Assembly (NCBI GenBank): GCA_951406725.2
Contig: OX597816.1
Span: 45,942,001-46,006,000 of the forward strand
Reading direction: 5' to 3'
DNA length: 64,000 nt
DNA from: Octopus vulgaris
Lineage: Eukaryota
The notes beneath the pieces are model-generated. The model was given only the letters and a program-made list of their open reading frames with translations. It made no database searches and had not been told where the DNA came from. Each line of letters starts with the position of its first letter. Position 1 is the stretch's first letter. Below, piece after piece: positions 13,751 through 26,616 of the stretch. A program made the translations under genes and the position numbers.

Positions 13751-14989
13751 ATTATCATAATTATTGTTATCATAATTCTGCCAGGGTCAACTTTGCCTTT
13801 CATCCTTTCAAAGTCAATAAAATAAGTACCATCATGTACGGGTGGTCAATGTAATCGACTAGCCCTTCCCCCAAAATTTCAAGCTCTGTGCCAATATCAG
13901 AAAGGGTTATGATCGTCATTATTATTATTATTATTATTATTATTTAAGCAACGAGTAGAAAAAACAGGAATGTACCACACTAAATATATACATATTATGG
14001 TATTTAGCTGCCTCTTTACATTCTGAGTTGAAATCTTGCCAAGCTCAACCTTATCTCCCATCCTTTTGGGTTTGATAAAGCAAATAGCAGCCATGCACTG
14101 AGGACAAGCCATTTGACTATATCTTTTGCCCCACAGAGATTTGTAAAGAAATCAGTAAAGAAATAATTAATATCATAGACATGGATTAATGCACACACAC
14201 ACACACATAACCACAAACATACAGAAACACAAAGTCATAAACATACAATCACACACAAACACACACACACACACACACACACAAAATTCATTGTAATTTC
14301 AGAAATTTTTGATAAGTTTATTTAGAAAGATAAAATCAATTGGTATGCCTAATGTGCCAGAGAAATGGGGAGAGAACTGAGATTTAAGAAAACACACAAG
14401 AGAGAGAGAGAGAGGGAGGGAGGGAGGGAGATAGGGGGAGGGAGGGAGGGAGAGAGAGAGCGAAAGGTGACAGACAGACAGAAGAATACAAACAATACAC
14501 ATGAAATATAATTGTCATCATTTTACAACCATTTTTTCACACTCGAATGGATTGAGGTGGGTTGCACATCGCACCAAGTACTGTGGTCCTTTGTTGTAGG
14601 GCACACACAACAATTAAAAAAATAATAAATAATAAGTCAACACTTGGTGCATAAATCATTATTCTGCTGTGGTTTAAATGGCTGCAAGCCCTTTCCAACT
14701 GATATAATCATCCAGAAATGAGAGGCACAATGATTGAACTACATTTACTGATCACTTAGTCAGAAGTTCAAACTTTGCTACAGCCATAAAAAGTATTTTG
14801 TTTTTAGACATAGTACAATATACTTCTCAGATAATCTCACACGTTAACAAGTTACATGTTGATCAATTAACACTTCTGATATTAATCTACCTAACATAAT
14901 ATAAAACCTCTTGGGCTTCATAGAGGCAAAGTGGCCAAAGCCAGTGGGCCTCAAGGAGGCAATAACAAATTTGAGCATTGGGCCTCGAG

Positions 14990-15270
14990 GAGGCAATGAC
15001 GAATTTGTTTGTCTGTCTGTTGTCTCACAGCATTCACACAGGATGGATTGAGCTGGCTTCATTCATCGTCAATGCTGCATCTCTCACAAACGCCGACTGG
15101 ACCTGGCGATTTGAGGCAATGACAAATTTGTTTGTCTGTCTGTTGTCTCGCAGCATTCACCCAGGATGGGTTGAGCTGGCTTCATTCATCGTCAATGCTG
15201 CATCTCTCACAAACGCCGACTGGACCTGGCGATTTGAGGCCAACGACCGCGTGATCTCCAACCACTCCTC
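14990..15270 (-). mobile_element. RTE 3' end (same family as 52700-52850) with a 123-bp tandem duplication
   Basis: Reverse complement matches gagtggttggagatcacgc..gatgaatgaagccag; units at 14990-15112 and 15113-15235. Confidence 0.85.
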
Positions 15271-16401
15271 ATTCCAGCATGACCGAGACCTTTGGCATTA
15301 TGCCATGCTTGAGAAGAAGACCCATTAAGTGAGGTGAAATCGTAGTCATGGCAGATACTGGTGTCACGCAACTGGCACGCATGCTGATGGCACATAAAAG
15401 CACCCATTACACTCTTGGAGTGGTTGGTGTTAGAAAGGGCATCCAGCCATAGAAACCATGCCAAATCAGACTAGAGTCTGGCACAGCCTTCCAGTTTGCC
15501 AGCCATGGTCAAACCATCCGACCTATGTCAGTATGGACAACAGACGTTAAATGATGATGATGATGATTCTGCCTCTGGCATGAATGTGTAAAGAAGTTTC
15601 ATGGTTTCAGGTTCAGTCCCACTGAACAGTACCTTCAGCATCCTTAGTTAAAGCAGTGATTTTTGTGACTGAGGGCACTTGAGAGAGAGAGATGAGGGGC
15701 TGAAGAGGATCGAAAACATAGCAGGTAAATTGCCATGTTAACCCTTTAGCATTCAGATTACTCTTTCAAATGTAATGCTTACTTATTCACTTTGCTCTGA
15801 AATGATAACACACCATTTCATATGTTTGAGATTTCAATGATGTGATTATTTAATTTTTTAATATGATGTTACAGAGTAGGTGTAAAAGGTCATAATAGGC
15901 TACTTTGAACAGAAAACAGGTAAAATATTTTGGCCAGATGGATGTGGCCGGTTTAAATGCCAAACGGCTAAACTGTTTAAGCTTATCCAACATCATGGCA
16001 AAGAAAGAAGAACTATATGGACACAAACACTAATTTGGCTTCTTGTTAACAAATAGAAGAGAAGCAAAAATTCCACTGGTGTTGGTGTAAAGGAAACTGG
16101 CATTAATCAGTTAGAGAAACCAATAAGTTAAAAGATCATTGGAGGTATTTTGCCATTGTAACTAACAGCGAACATATACTATCTATCATCATCATCATCC
16201 CCTTTTTTATACTACTTATTGAAGCAGATTTTCTACAGCCTGATGTCCTTCCTGTTGTCAACCCTCACCTGTTCCTAAGTAAAGTAATACTTCCCCATAG
16301 CCAGACACATTCTTGCAGAATATTGGAGATGAATGAAACTAGCATGTGAAGTCAAAGAGACACAAACCTACACACACCCACACATGTATATGTGTGTGTA
16401 T

Positions 16402-16481
<80 letters not shown>

Positions 16482-17266
16482 GTAGATAGATAGATAGATA
16501 TAGATATATTTATACACACACACACAGCAGGCTTCTTTTAGTTTTCATAACCAAATCCACTCACAAGGCTTTCGTCAGCCCAGGGCTAATGTAAAAAAAC
16601 ACCACTTGCTCAAGATAATACACAGTGAAATTAAACGTGGAACTGTGTGGTTGAGAACCTAATTTCTCAACCATATAGCTTTGCTTGCATCAGTGTATAT
16701 GAATAGCAGACCATTACGAGTAACAGCTGTGCTAAATAAATTTTTCGATTTAAAAAAGAAAAAAAATTTTTTTTTAGTTATAATGTTGAGTTCAAGTTTT
16801 CCTACAGTTCGTAAGCTGAGAATATCAATAATACCACAGACCAGTTAATTCTACAACTACCAGCCAAAACATATATATCTATATATATATATACACACAA
16901 GCACAAATGCTTGTACACATATGTATATTAAGGTGTAACAGAATAAGAAAAATCCTGTTTTTAGATGATTACTTAAAGAAAAGCAAAAAGAAATCCTGCA
17001 AGTAAATAAATAAATAAATAAATAAATACAAATAAATAACAAAAAGACACAAAAAAAAAATCTATGGAAATCGGATAGATAGGAATGAGATTTTAGATTT
17101 TAGCACAACATGAACATCCACAGAGCACCCATACTGTCTCCTCAACTACAATGGGAAAAGATTGGGAATATTCGTCAAAATGACAGAACACTTAACAGCT
17201 AAAGACACGAGAGAAATCAGGTAATCCTTAAAGACAGGAATACCATAATTGTGATTGAGTACTTAC

Positions 17267-17269
17267 TAC
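17267..17269 (-). CDS. Candidate 3-nt microexon (GTA)
   Basis: Minus strand ctgtttctgtttag|GTA|gtaagt, preceded by a long pyrimidine tract with a cttaac branch-like motif and tandem UGC motifs (ttgcttgc). Confidence 0.5.
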
Positions 17270-17538
17270 CTAAACAGAAACAGTGTATCAATACTTAGTG
17301 GAGAGAGGGAGAGCAAGCAAGTTAAGAATACAAGGAGTTGGGGGAGAACAAGGAGAATATAGATGGGGGTGACACAACTAATGCAATATTATTATCATAA
17401 ATAAAAATAATAAGGAAAACAATAATAATGAAAAATGTATTTCTTCAACAAAACTTAGGAAGGAGAGGAATCCTGAGTGCTGAACTAGAGGATGACAAAT
17501 ATTCGCCTTTTAATAATGACACACGCACTCAACATTAC

Positions 17539-17555
17539 CTTTTTTTTTTTTCTCC
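17539..17555 (-). CDS. Candidate 17-nt microexon GGAG(A)12G; after the 76-nt exon it adds KEKKKK and restores phase 1
   Basis: Acceptor attgctccttgtccacag| with a UGC motif; donor AAG|gtaatg; 76+17=93 nt (31 codons). Confidence 0.5.
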
Positions 17556-18713
17556 CTGTGGACAAGGAGCAATCCTCGTGGAACCCAGAACGATCATGTC
17601 TCATATCAGTAAGTTTAGCCTCTCAGGCTTACACTAAGATATACAATTTTCAACACCCATAATGGTTAATTGGGGGGAAAAAAGCATGTAATAAAACCAT
17701 TCATCTCCCCCCTCACACCATAGATATATACACACACACATACACTTAAGACATAATTTTATTTATACATACATATATATATATATTGCCCTTGGGATAT
17801 AGAGGAATGAATCAAAATATAGCAAAGTAAATAAATTCTTTAGCATTTGTCAGCCAGCTAATATCATCATCATCATCATCATCGTCGTCATCATGTTTGC
17901 TTTCCCAACCCATACCAGCATGCAATCAGACATCAAATGGTGATGATATTGTTGACGCATCATCCAGATCTAGTTTGGTTTTTAGTTGGAGTTACTATCC
18001 TCCAAGGCAGATCCGAAAACATCTCAATCTCACAATCCATTTTTAATATGATTTCTAAGGCTGGATGTCCTTCCTGTCACCAATGATTCTACAGAGTACT
18101 GGAAGTATTTTATCATGGCAAGGCCTTTCTATCTATGTTGTCTCCATATGCTCACTCACCAACAAGAATTAAGCCTTTTTGGAACCAACCTCCCTCAGGC
18201 CACCTTTAGTTCTGTGGCACAAACTTTCTCTTATAATAAAGTGATCTAATTAAAACCTTCCATTAAAATTTCTTGCTTATTGGTTAGGAAGTGTGGTCAA
18301 CCACAGAAACCATACCAAAGCAGACACTGGGACACAGTGCAGTTCTTGGACCCATCAGAACCTACTAAACCATGCAACCTATGCCAGCATGGGACATGGA
18401 TGTTGAATTATAGATGATGATGGTGATTTTACCGAATTCTTCCATTATTTTCAAATGTAATTGAAACAATGGTCTTTTTCTTTTCACAGAAATATGATAA
18501 CAAAAGGGTTAAACAGTCCCTGCTTCCCTGTATTCTACTCATTTGAGAGAGAGAGAGAGAGAGAGAGAAAGGAAGGGAGGGAGGGGGAGTCCCTACCAAT
18601 AAAATAGGAAGATAAATGAAAACTTCAGCAGATTACATAAAAAAAATTTGTTAGAGGGCAAACAAAACAGAAAACAAAAATACAAAAAAAAAAAAAAAAG
18701 GAAAGCAATTTAC

Positions 18714-18789
18714 TTGCAACATTTCCAAGAGCACCATTTGTCATTTTCAGTGGGTTTAACTCCTCCATTAGAGGCAGCATCAGGAAAGG
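18714..18789 (-). CDS. 76-nt internal exon of an unidentified minus-strand gene; phase1->2 frame reads xFPDAASNGGVKPTENDKWCSWKCC, phase0->1 frame reads PFLMLPLMEELNPLKMTNGALGNVA
   Basis: Strong acceptor tcttttgtgttttatttcag| and donor CAA|gtaaat. High-complexity island between A-rich and microsatellite DNA. Two of three frames are open. Confidence 0.75.
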
Positions 18790-21057
18790 CTGAAATAAAA
18801 CACAAAAGATAAATAAGATATGTGTGTATATGTATATATATATATATATAGAGAGAGAGGGGGGGGAGAGAGAGTTTACATTGATTACATGTGCAGAAAC
18901 AAGGGATTTATAGTTTTATCACAACAGCAGCAGTAGTTAAAGGAACAGACGGAAATGAAACTAGGGAATAAAATATACACAAGTGGGTTTATATTTCATA
19001 TAAAGAATTCCTCGGAGAAAGAGAAGTCCTCTTTTTATGCTTACTGCCTTTGAGAGGGGGAGAGAGAGAGAGAGAGAGAGAGTGTGTGTGTGTGTGTGTA
19101 ATTTAGATGTATGTTGCATACATAAATGGAAGGAACCTGTACATGGTCACTCAATTCACTAGAAATAACAGTCAAATCTCCCTTAAATCACATTACTCTT
19201 TAAATAGAAAAACACATGCTAGAGTGGATCTCAACCATTTTTTGCCTATGGGGACCCCTTTGATTCCTGTTTTGGCCTACTGGACCTACAAAGCCATTCA
19301 CTGTATATAAAAAAGAATTTACTGTAATTTTGCAAGTAGATATTAAGAAATGATGAAGCATTGAAGGCTGATCTCTAGACACTACTCAAGAAGACCCATC
19401 CGCCACAGCAGAATTGATACTGATGTTGGTGCCACATAACAAGCACTAATGCTGGTGCCATGTTAAAAGCACCCAGTACACTCTATGGAGTGGTTGGTGT
19501 TAGGGAGGGCATACAGCCATAGAAACCATACCAAAACATACAATGGAGCGTGGTACAGCCCCTGGCCTTACCAGCTCCGGTTAAGCCAGCCAACAAAATC
19601 TTATATAGGGAATAGAAATGAATTAACCTAGAGAATATGGTTACTGGACTACAAACACAAAGGATTTTAGTTCAAACCCACTGAAGAGACTTCAATGTAA
19701 CCCTCAAGAATAGGTAGTATATACCTGGAAAATACTACCCAACCTCCCATAGGCAACCTCACAATCCATTTTTAATATGATTTCTATGGCTGGATGTCCT
19801 TCCTGTCACCAATGATTCTACAGAGTACTGAACTGGCAATGTTTCTACAGCTGGATGCCCTTCCTAATGCCAACCACTCCATGAGTGTAGTGGAGTGCTT
19901 TTTACGTGCCACCGACACACTGGACAAAATACTTAATGACATTTCTTCTTTATATTCTGAGTTCAAATTCTGCCAGAGCTGACTTTTCATCTTTCTGGGG
20001 TTGATGAAGTAAGTATCAGTTGAGCATTGGAGTCAATGTAATTGACTAGTCCATCCCACAAAAATGTCAAGTTTTGTGCTTTTATATAGTAAAAAGGATT
20101 ATTTTAAATTGATCATGCAATTATCTCATAGCTTTAAAATTTTTATATAGTTGTTTATTTTTAGGTGTGAGAGATCAGATGTGGTCAGTTTGAACATAAG
20201 ACAGGTAGAATATTTGAGCCATATATGACCAGTTGAAATGCTGTAGAGTTAACACAGTCATCAGAAGTCTAGTGACAATACTTCTTTTAATGGCCACCAA
20301 AGAAAGGATGTTGTCCTCAAACCATCGATTTGCCCAAAAATGCCTCCCTCCCCCCAACAAATGCTTGTAGCATTGTAGCCCCCCACCCCACCCCACCCAC
20401 TGCAAAAGGCATTCAAGGGATAGGTCATGATGTTAAATCAGATGACAGATAATGTCTACTATCCAAAACAGGAACAGTCTCAGCAACTGGTTCCCACACA
20501 GCAGCCATTTATCAAATCTCACTCTCCATAATTTGGTCGACCCCAAACTCCAGAAGACACTTCTCCAAGTGCTGTACAGTAAGACTGAACCTGAAACCAT
20601 ATTGTTATGAAGAAGTTTATGATCATACACCCTAGGGACTAAATTTAAAACTTAAGAAAGCAAGATATCTGCTAAGTATTCACTCAATAACCTTTGCAAT
20701 GCAGTAACTGCACTTATCATTTATGTACTGCATCATAGCAACATTTGAGGTTTAACAGTTATTGATGCTGTTGTTAACCTTAGCTATATCTGATTTGGGC
20801 TATTTGGGTTGAATTACAAACCTGTTTAAAATCATTGTTATAATGAAATTACCTTCTTTAAGGAGGGGTCTAATACAACAGAAAATATACTGACCTTAAA
20901 TGAGTAGAAACAATCTAAGAAAAAAAAGTACTCTCCCTAGTATATAACTATGATGATGACAATTGTAATGTGGCCATATTATCTTAGGGAAAAGAACACA
21001 CTGGACACTGATCCAAGATACATTATGTCTCTAAAACGAAAGCAAAATTTCCACAGC

Positions 21058-21490
21058 TATCATCATCATCGTTTAATGTCCACTTTCCATGATAGCATGG
21101 GTTGGACGATTTGACTGAGGACTGGCGAACCAGATAGCTGCGCCAGGCTCCAATCTGATCTGGCAGAGTTTCTACAGCTGGATGCCCTTCCTAATGCCAA
21201 CCACCCCGAGAGTGTAGTTAGTAGGTGCTTTTACGTGCCACCGGCACGAGGGCCAGTCTGGCAGTACTGGCAACAGCCACACTCGAAATGGTGTTTTTTA
21301 CATGCCACATGCACGGGAGTTAGTCCAGCGGCCCTGGCAACAACCTCACTCAAACGTTTTGTTCACGTGCTACCGGCACAAGTGCCAGTAAGGTGACGCT
21401 GCTAACGATCACACTCAAATGGTGCTTCTTATGTGCCACCGGCACGGAAGCCAGACAGCTGCTCTGGCAGTGATCCTGCTCGGATGGAAT
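21058..21490 (-). mobile_element. SINE family C (GAT-repeat tail) with internal tandem sub-repeats
   Basis: Shared core ctggatgcccttcctaatgccaacc and about four gtgcttttacgtgccaccggcacg-like units. Relatives at about 15270-15570, 19420-19590, 28770-29010, 33665-34030, 43540-43695, 53775-53945 and 63900-64000. Confidence 0.8.
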
Positions 21491-22100
21491 ACCTTTTGAT
21501 TATAGGACTGCTTGATTGGAGCTGGCCTCAGGTCAAATAATAACAATGACAACAATCAAATGATCTAACTGCACTAAGAGAGCCCTTAAATACACACCAA
21601 AACAGTTACAGTGCATTTAAGCTCAAAACTTATGAATTGATAGCTTAAACAGAGCTGTCTCAGACAAGCTGTCCATCAATAATAACTGCCACTTTACTTA
21701 TCTTACAAAATTTAGTCAGTTTTGTGCTTAATGGTCACATCTAATGTTGTTAGAAATATAAAAATGATTACCATATTCCAATATAAAAAGCATGGGTTAT
21801 ATAACTAAATAAATGAACATATAAATAAAAGTAATATTGATTCTTCTGATAGATATAGTGCAAACATATAACACTGTGCATTCAAGTTTAAAGTTCAGGA
21901 AGATTTACATATTACATAGCATCTTATCTATGTTATCTGTGTGTACTTTTATGTATCGTGTGTGTGTGTGTGTGCACTTTTATGTATCATCTGTGCATGT
22001 GTATAAAGTAACTAATGTTACACTTCAGAGTGCAACTTGTCCAGATATCCAAGAGAAAAATATACTAGTTTCAACAATATACACATACACACATGATTTT

Positions 22101-22137
<37 letters not shown>

Positions 22138-22989
22138 GTAAAACACACATACAAACATAGTGTTTTGAACATTTACTTTGCAAAACTATTGACACACAAA
22201 AAAAAAAAAAGGTGGTTAAGTACAAGTAACAAAATAATGTAAAAGTGAGGAGAAAAAGTTGGAGTAAGGAGAGAGAGAAAGAAAAGCAGACATGATGAGA
22301 GGAAGACAGAACCACACAAAATGGTTCTCTGGAACTCTCAATGGAAGCAAGAGTTCAACCTACCTCCACCACTCAGATATCAGCAGCGGCGGCGGCACCA
22401 CCACCCCCACAACAACCATGGTCAAGATAAAATTGATGGAATGAAACTAAGACCATTTTAACAGACAAGAAGCATTAATGTTAAGCTAAGTTGATATGTT
22501 ACAGTTCTTTAATAACAGACAAGAATGAAAGAGAGGAAAGAGCAAGTGTGGGGAGGGTGATAAAAAGAAGAAGAAAAAAATCTCATGATAAAGAAGAACA
22601 AAGAGAAGAAGAAGAGACACCATTAAAAGCAATAATAGAGTAGTGAGGAAGCTAATGTCAGGGAGAAGATCTAACCACAATTGACTAGATAAAAGATCAA
22701 TATCACTAATCATAAAAAGCAGGAGAAGATATACATTAAATCTCAATACAACAATATGGCAATCCCTTTATGTACAAAATTCCATGGTTTTCTGCTTAGT
22801 TTTAATTTGTACAAAGTTTTTTATTTCTTTGTTGCTGCTATTGTTGATTTGCTTTTCTTGTGTGTGTGTGTGTGTTAGTACAATCAAATGTTATAGAGTA
22901 AGAAGCAAACATTTTGCTTAAGAAGAGACAGCAAGATGGTGGTATGAGGTCACTGCTTGAAGACATTTATTTCAGATACACTTACTTAC

Positions 22990-23032
22990 TGCCATTGGAA
23001 AAGGCATAAACATCACACAACTTCAATTTCAT
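22990..23032 (-). CDS. Candidate alternative start exon, MKLKLCDVYAFSNG + phase 1
   Basis: ATG at 23032, 14 codons + 1 nt, consensus donor GCA|gtaagt. In frame with the WCSWKCC reading of the 76-nt exon. Confidence 0.45.
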
Positions 23033-23129
23033 CTTCTCACAAAATGAAAATAAGCAGCAAATATATTTGACCTTTTCTGCTAAATTGTGATATTTTGAGT
23101 TATAGTTCTAATTGTTTTTGACATGTCAA

Positions 23130-23390
23130 GGAATGACAATTCTTTTACCGCGCTGCCAAAGGAAGACAATTTTCCAGCCATGCTGCAAAGAAGAGACAAT
23201 TCTGTTACCAAGCTGCCAAAGGGGTACCAATTTGACCTGGATATTGCTGAAGAGTAGGGACAGTACAGTCATCATATGATCAAGGGATGACAATTCAGTT
23301 ACTATACTGCCAGAATTCTCATCCTGTTGCCATACTACAAAGGAACAAGTCTACAACACAATGCTACCAAGTAATGCTAATTCTGCTACT
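23130..23390. repeat. Degenerate tandem repeat of about 30 bp (ggaNgacaattct..tacc..gctgccaaa)
   Basis: About 8 decaying units. Confidence 0.7.
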
Positions 23391-23392
23391 AA

Positions 23393-23610
23393 CACCTATT
23401 TCTTTATTACCCACAAGGGGCTAAACATAGAGGGGACAAACATGGACAGACATAGGTATTAAGTCAATTATATCGACCCCAGTGCATCGACCCCGAAAGG
23501 ATGAAAGGCAAAGTTGACCTCGGCGGAATTTGAACTCACAACGTAACGGCAGCCGAAATACCGCTAAGCATTTCGCCTGACGTGCTAACGATTCTGCCAG
23601 CTCGCCGCCT
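23393..23610 (-). mobile_element. SINE family B
   Basis: TSD ttctgctactaa at 23381-23392 and 23611-23622. Confidence 0.85.
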
Positions 23611-25530
23611 TTCTGCTACTAATACTGCCATGGCTTTTGGCAATCTCAACAGGCAAAAAAAAAATCAGATTCGTTGATCTTAGCTACAAATACCTAAAAG
23701 TACTTGCAAATAAACAGACTAATTAGCACAAAAGTCCCTCTCAAACAACACACTCAAATCTCTGACCCACAGACATGCTGTCTCCCCATTGCCTTTGCTG
23801 CAGTGTGACCTCTGCACATCAAAGCTCACTGATCTTATCCAGCTTCCACACAGGCATTCCTGACTCAATTCATCTTGTCTTGTCACCCCTGCCCTTGAGT
23901 CAAAAGCTCACCAACCATAACCTTCAGTTCCTGCAACAGCCACTAGGTCCAGTTCTTCCTCTACTGTTTTTTTTCCTGAAGCTAGAAGCTAACAACTACA
24001 GATACAGCACCTGATGGTCAAGAATCTCTTATAATCCATAATTTATCAGTAGAAACTTTTAATTTCTGTAGCTGCTACACTAGTTTACTGGGCAGCTCTA
24101 TTTCACAGTACCTTGCACTGCACAGGATTAATAAGCTTGTATTATTTATACAAGCACCTGTATTTCATATACTTATTGAAGTAAATTTGATGTTTGTTAA
24201 ATTTAGAGATGACACCCCTGATGCATAAAATTCAGTAATCTGGAAAGGGTTTGGAACTGAAAGTTCCAGAAAATCCATGCTGTACCTATATTCAAAAAAC
24301 AATAACCAGTTTTGGAAGGCCTGCAAAAGAACACAGGCATAGATCCTTGTTTAAAAGACTATATAAGACTGGTATAAATCTGATAAATTTCAACGAGACC
24401 TAATAATATAGCATGACATGTAACATGACTATCAAACATTTCTGTATGAGAAAACATATTGTTTATAACTTAGTATTTAGTCTAAATGCAAAAAGGGGAA
24501 GGAAAAAAAGATATGTGGGTTATAGCACAATTACATGATAAACACCAAATATGCTTTCAACACAGAAATGTTTGATGATTATATAACAAGGCATTCCACA
24601 AGTCTAATAAAAATTAATGGACGCCTATCAAAGTAAAAATCAGCATTACATTTTGGTACAATAGCTTGCACAACTGATTACATATACCTGAGTTCATACA
24701 AGCATTGTTGTGTCTATGGACAAAAGACCAACCAATTCATACTTCTTCAGTCTGCTAAGCTCGCAAACAGGTTCTAATTTTACCAATGTAGTTGTATTGT
24801 TAATATAAAGCAGAAAAGAGCATCTAGCTGCAAACAGAATTTCTTCTGCAATACATAAATTTGCATTAAAAAAAAATCAAAAAATTCTTTTTAAATAATA
24901 AATCCAGCCATACCTGTATATGGAGCAGGGGATGGATAAAAACAGTAGAACTTGTTATTTTTAAATATTGTTTAGCATTCATTTTACCATATTTGCTTGA
25001 GGGTCTGCTTCCACCCCCTGCTATGGGAAAAATGTTGCAGTTGATTGTCTTCTTGCTGTTAACCAACTTTGAGGTAAAAGAGAAGTACCTAACCTGTTTT
25101 TATTAGTCTGGTGGAACTGGAATTAAATAGAGTTATACGCCTCACTCACAAGCCTTTAGTATTCAGATTACTCTGTCAAATGTAATGCTTATTCATTCAC
25201 AATGTTTTGAATTAATCATATATTATCTCAGAGCTTTAAAATTTTGACTGATGTATATTTTTAGAATAACATTGAAGTGTAGGTGTAAGAGGCCAGATCT
25301 GGTCAGTCTGAGCATAAAACAGATACTGACCCCAGTGTTTTGCTGGTACTTAATCTATCCATCCTGAAAGGATGAAAGGCAAAGTCAACCTCAGCAGAAT
25401 TTGAACTCAGAGAACAGCAATGGGCAGCAAAATACCACTTAGCATTTTGTCCAGCATGCTAACAATTCTGCCAGCTCACCACTGTAGTAGTAGTAGTAGT
25501 AGTAATAATAATAATAATAATAATAATAAT

Positions 25531-26070
25531 ACCAGGCAGTGGCTCACATGGCTGCTGATCTTAACTGATTGGAAGTGTTACCATGTACATTGTTTTGTCT
25601 TGGTATAAAAGATGGGTTACAGCAAATATTCTGCTCAATACTACAGATTTGCTTGTCAGTTGTTTGACCATAACCAGTTGAGCATGTCCCTTAGTGGCTG
25701 ACGATATGTGCATCTCTGATCACGAGCAGAAATAGTGAGGGAGCATCATAGCCATGTGTTGAGAGGGATTCTTTGGGGTTTGAATATTTCACCTCTGGAA
25801 ACATGGGTGTTTCATTCAACATCCTTACACAACCCTTATTCAGAGACCTTTAGAGTGGGATGGGTTACTCGACCAGAAGAACATTCTAACTGGGCCCCAC
25901 CTGCACGGTCATGTACTGTTTATCTTGATATGAGATCACCATGTCATGCACATATGGTTGTGATCCATGTGCCTAGTGTACCCTCATCAGACGGGTAGTC
26001 ATGATGGGGTATGCTGGGCTTCGTATATTTTACCCCAGTGTCACTTTGATGGCATGCACTGCTCTCTCTC
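25531..26070 (+). mobile_element. About 540-bp interspersed element sitting in a (TAA)n tract
   Basis: (AAT)n on both flanks; second copy in reverse at about 13079-13750. Confidence 0.8.
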
Positions 26071-26616
26071 AATAATGATAATAATAATAATAATAATCAC
26101 CCCTAACATTAGTATAAATTTGTATAGGTAAGGAGCTACTGTTTAACTGAGTCTTGTATATAATCTCCCAATTGCATAAAGATAAGCAAATATAACAAAA
26201 AAAAAAGAACAGCAACCACTGTGAGAACTGAACTCAGTAATATAACCATTCTGTTAATGGTGAAATCTTCATGCCAATATTAAGCTTGATGACTGTTATT
26301 ACTTCTACTTCTACTCCTTCATTAAGTCTTTGAAACATATAGTTATGTACGTGTGCAGATGAGTCAACAACGGAGCCTTGTACATGGTTGGTTTCACAAG
26401 TAGAAGATGAATATATCTGTCAATATAGCTACCTCACATCACAACTCCAGTCTTTCAATAATCAAAAACAAAATAATTTTCTTTTAAAATAACACCGAGA
26501 ATGTAGCCCTGATGCTCAAATTAAAATTAGGATGAGCATAGCTGGAAAACCTTTGATCATCGGTCTTCTTGTATAGAGCTGAAATGCAGTTAAATAATTT
26601 CTTTTCTAACATATGC

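Noticed and set aside
18714-18789. Teneurin (CSWKC) or PTBP (76-nt exon) identity
   Set aside because: No transmembrane helix follows CSWKC and the PTB RGSDEL motif is absent; the gene is left unnamed.
24005-24282. Possible Tc1/Tigger MITE (TA-cagca...tgctg-TA)
   Set aside because: The terminal match is only 5 bp and there is no second copy in the window.
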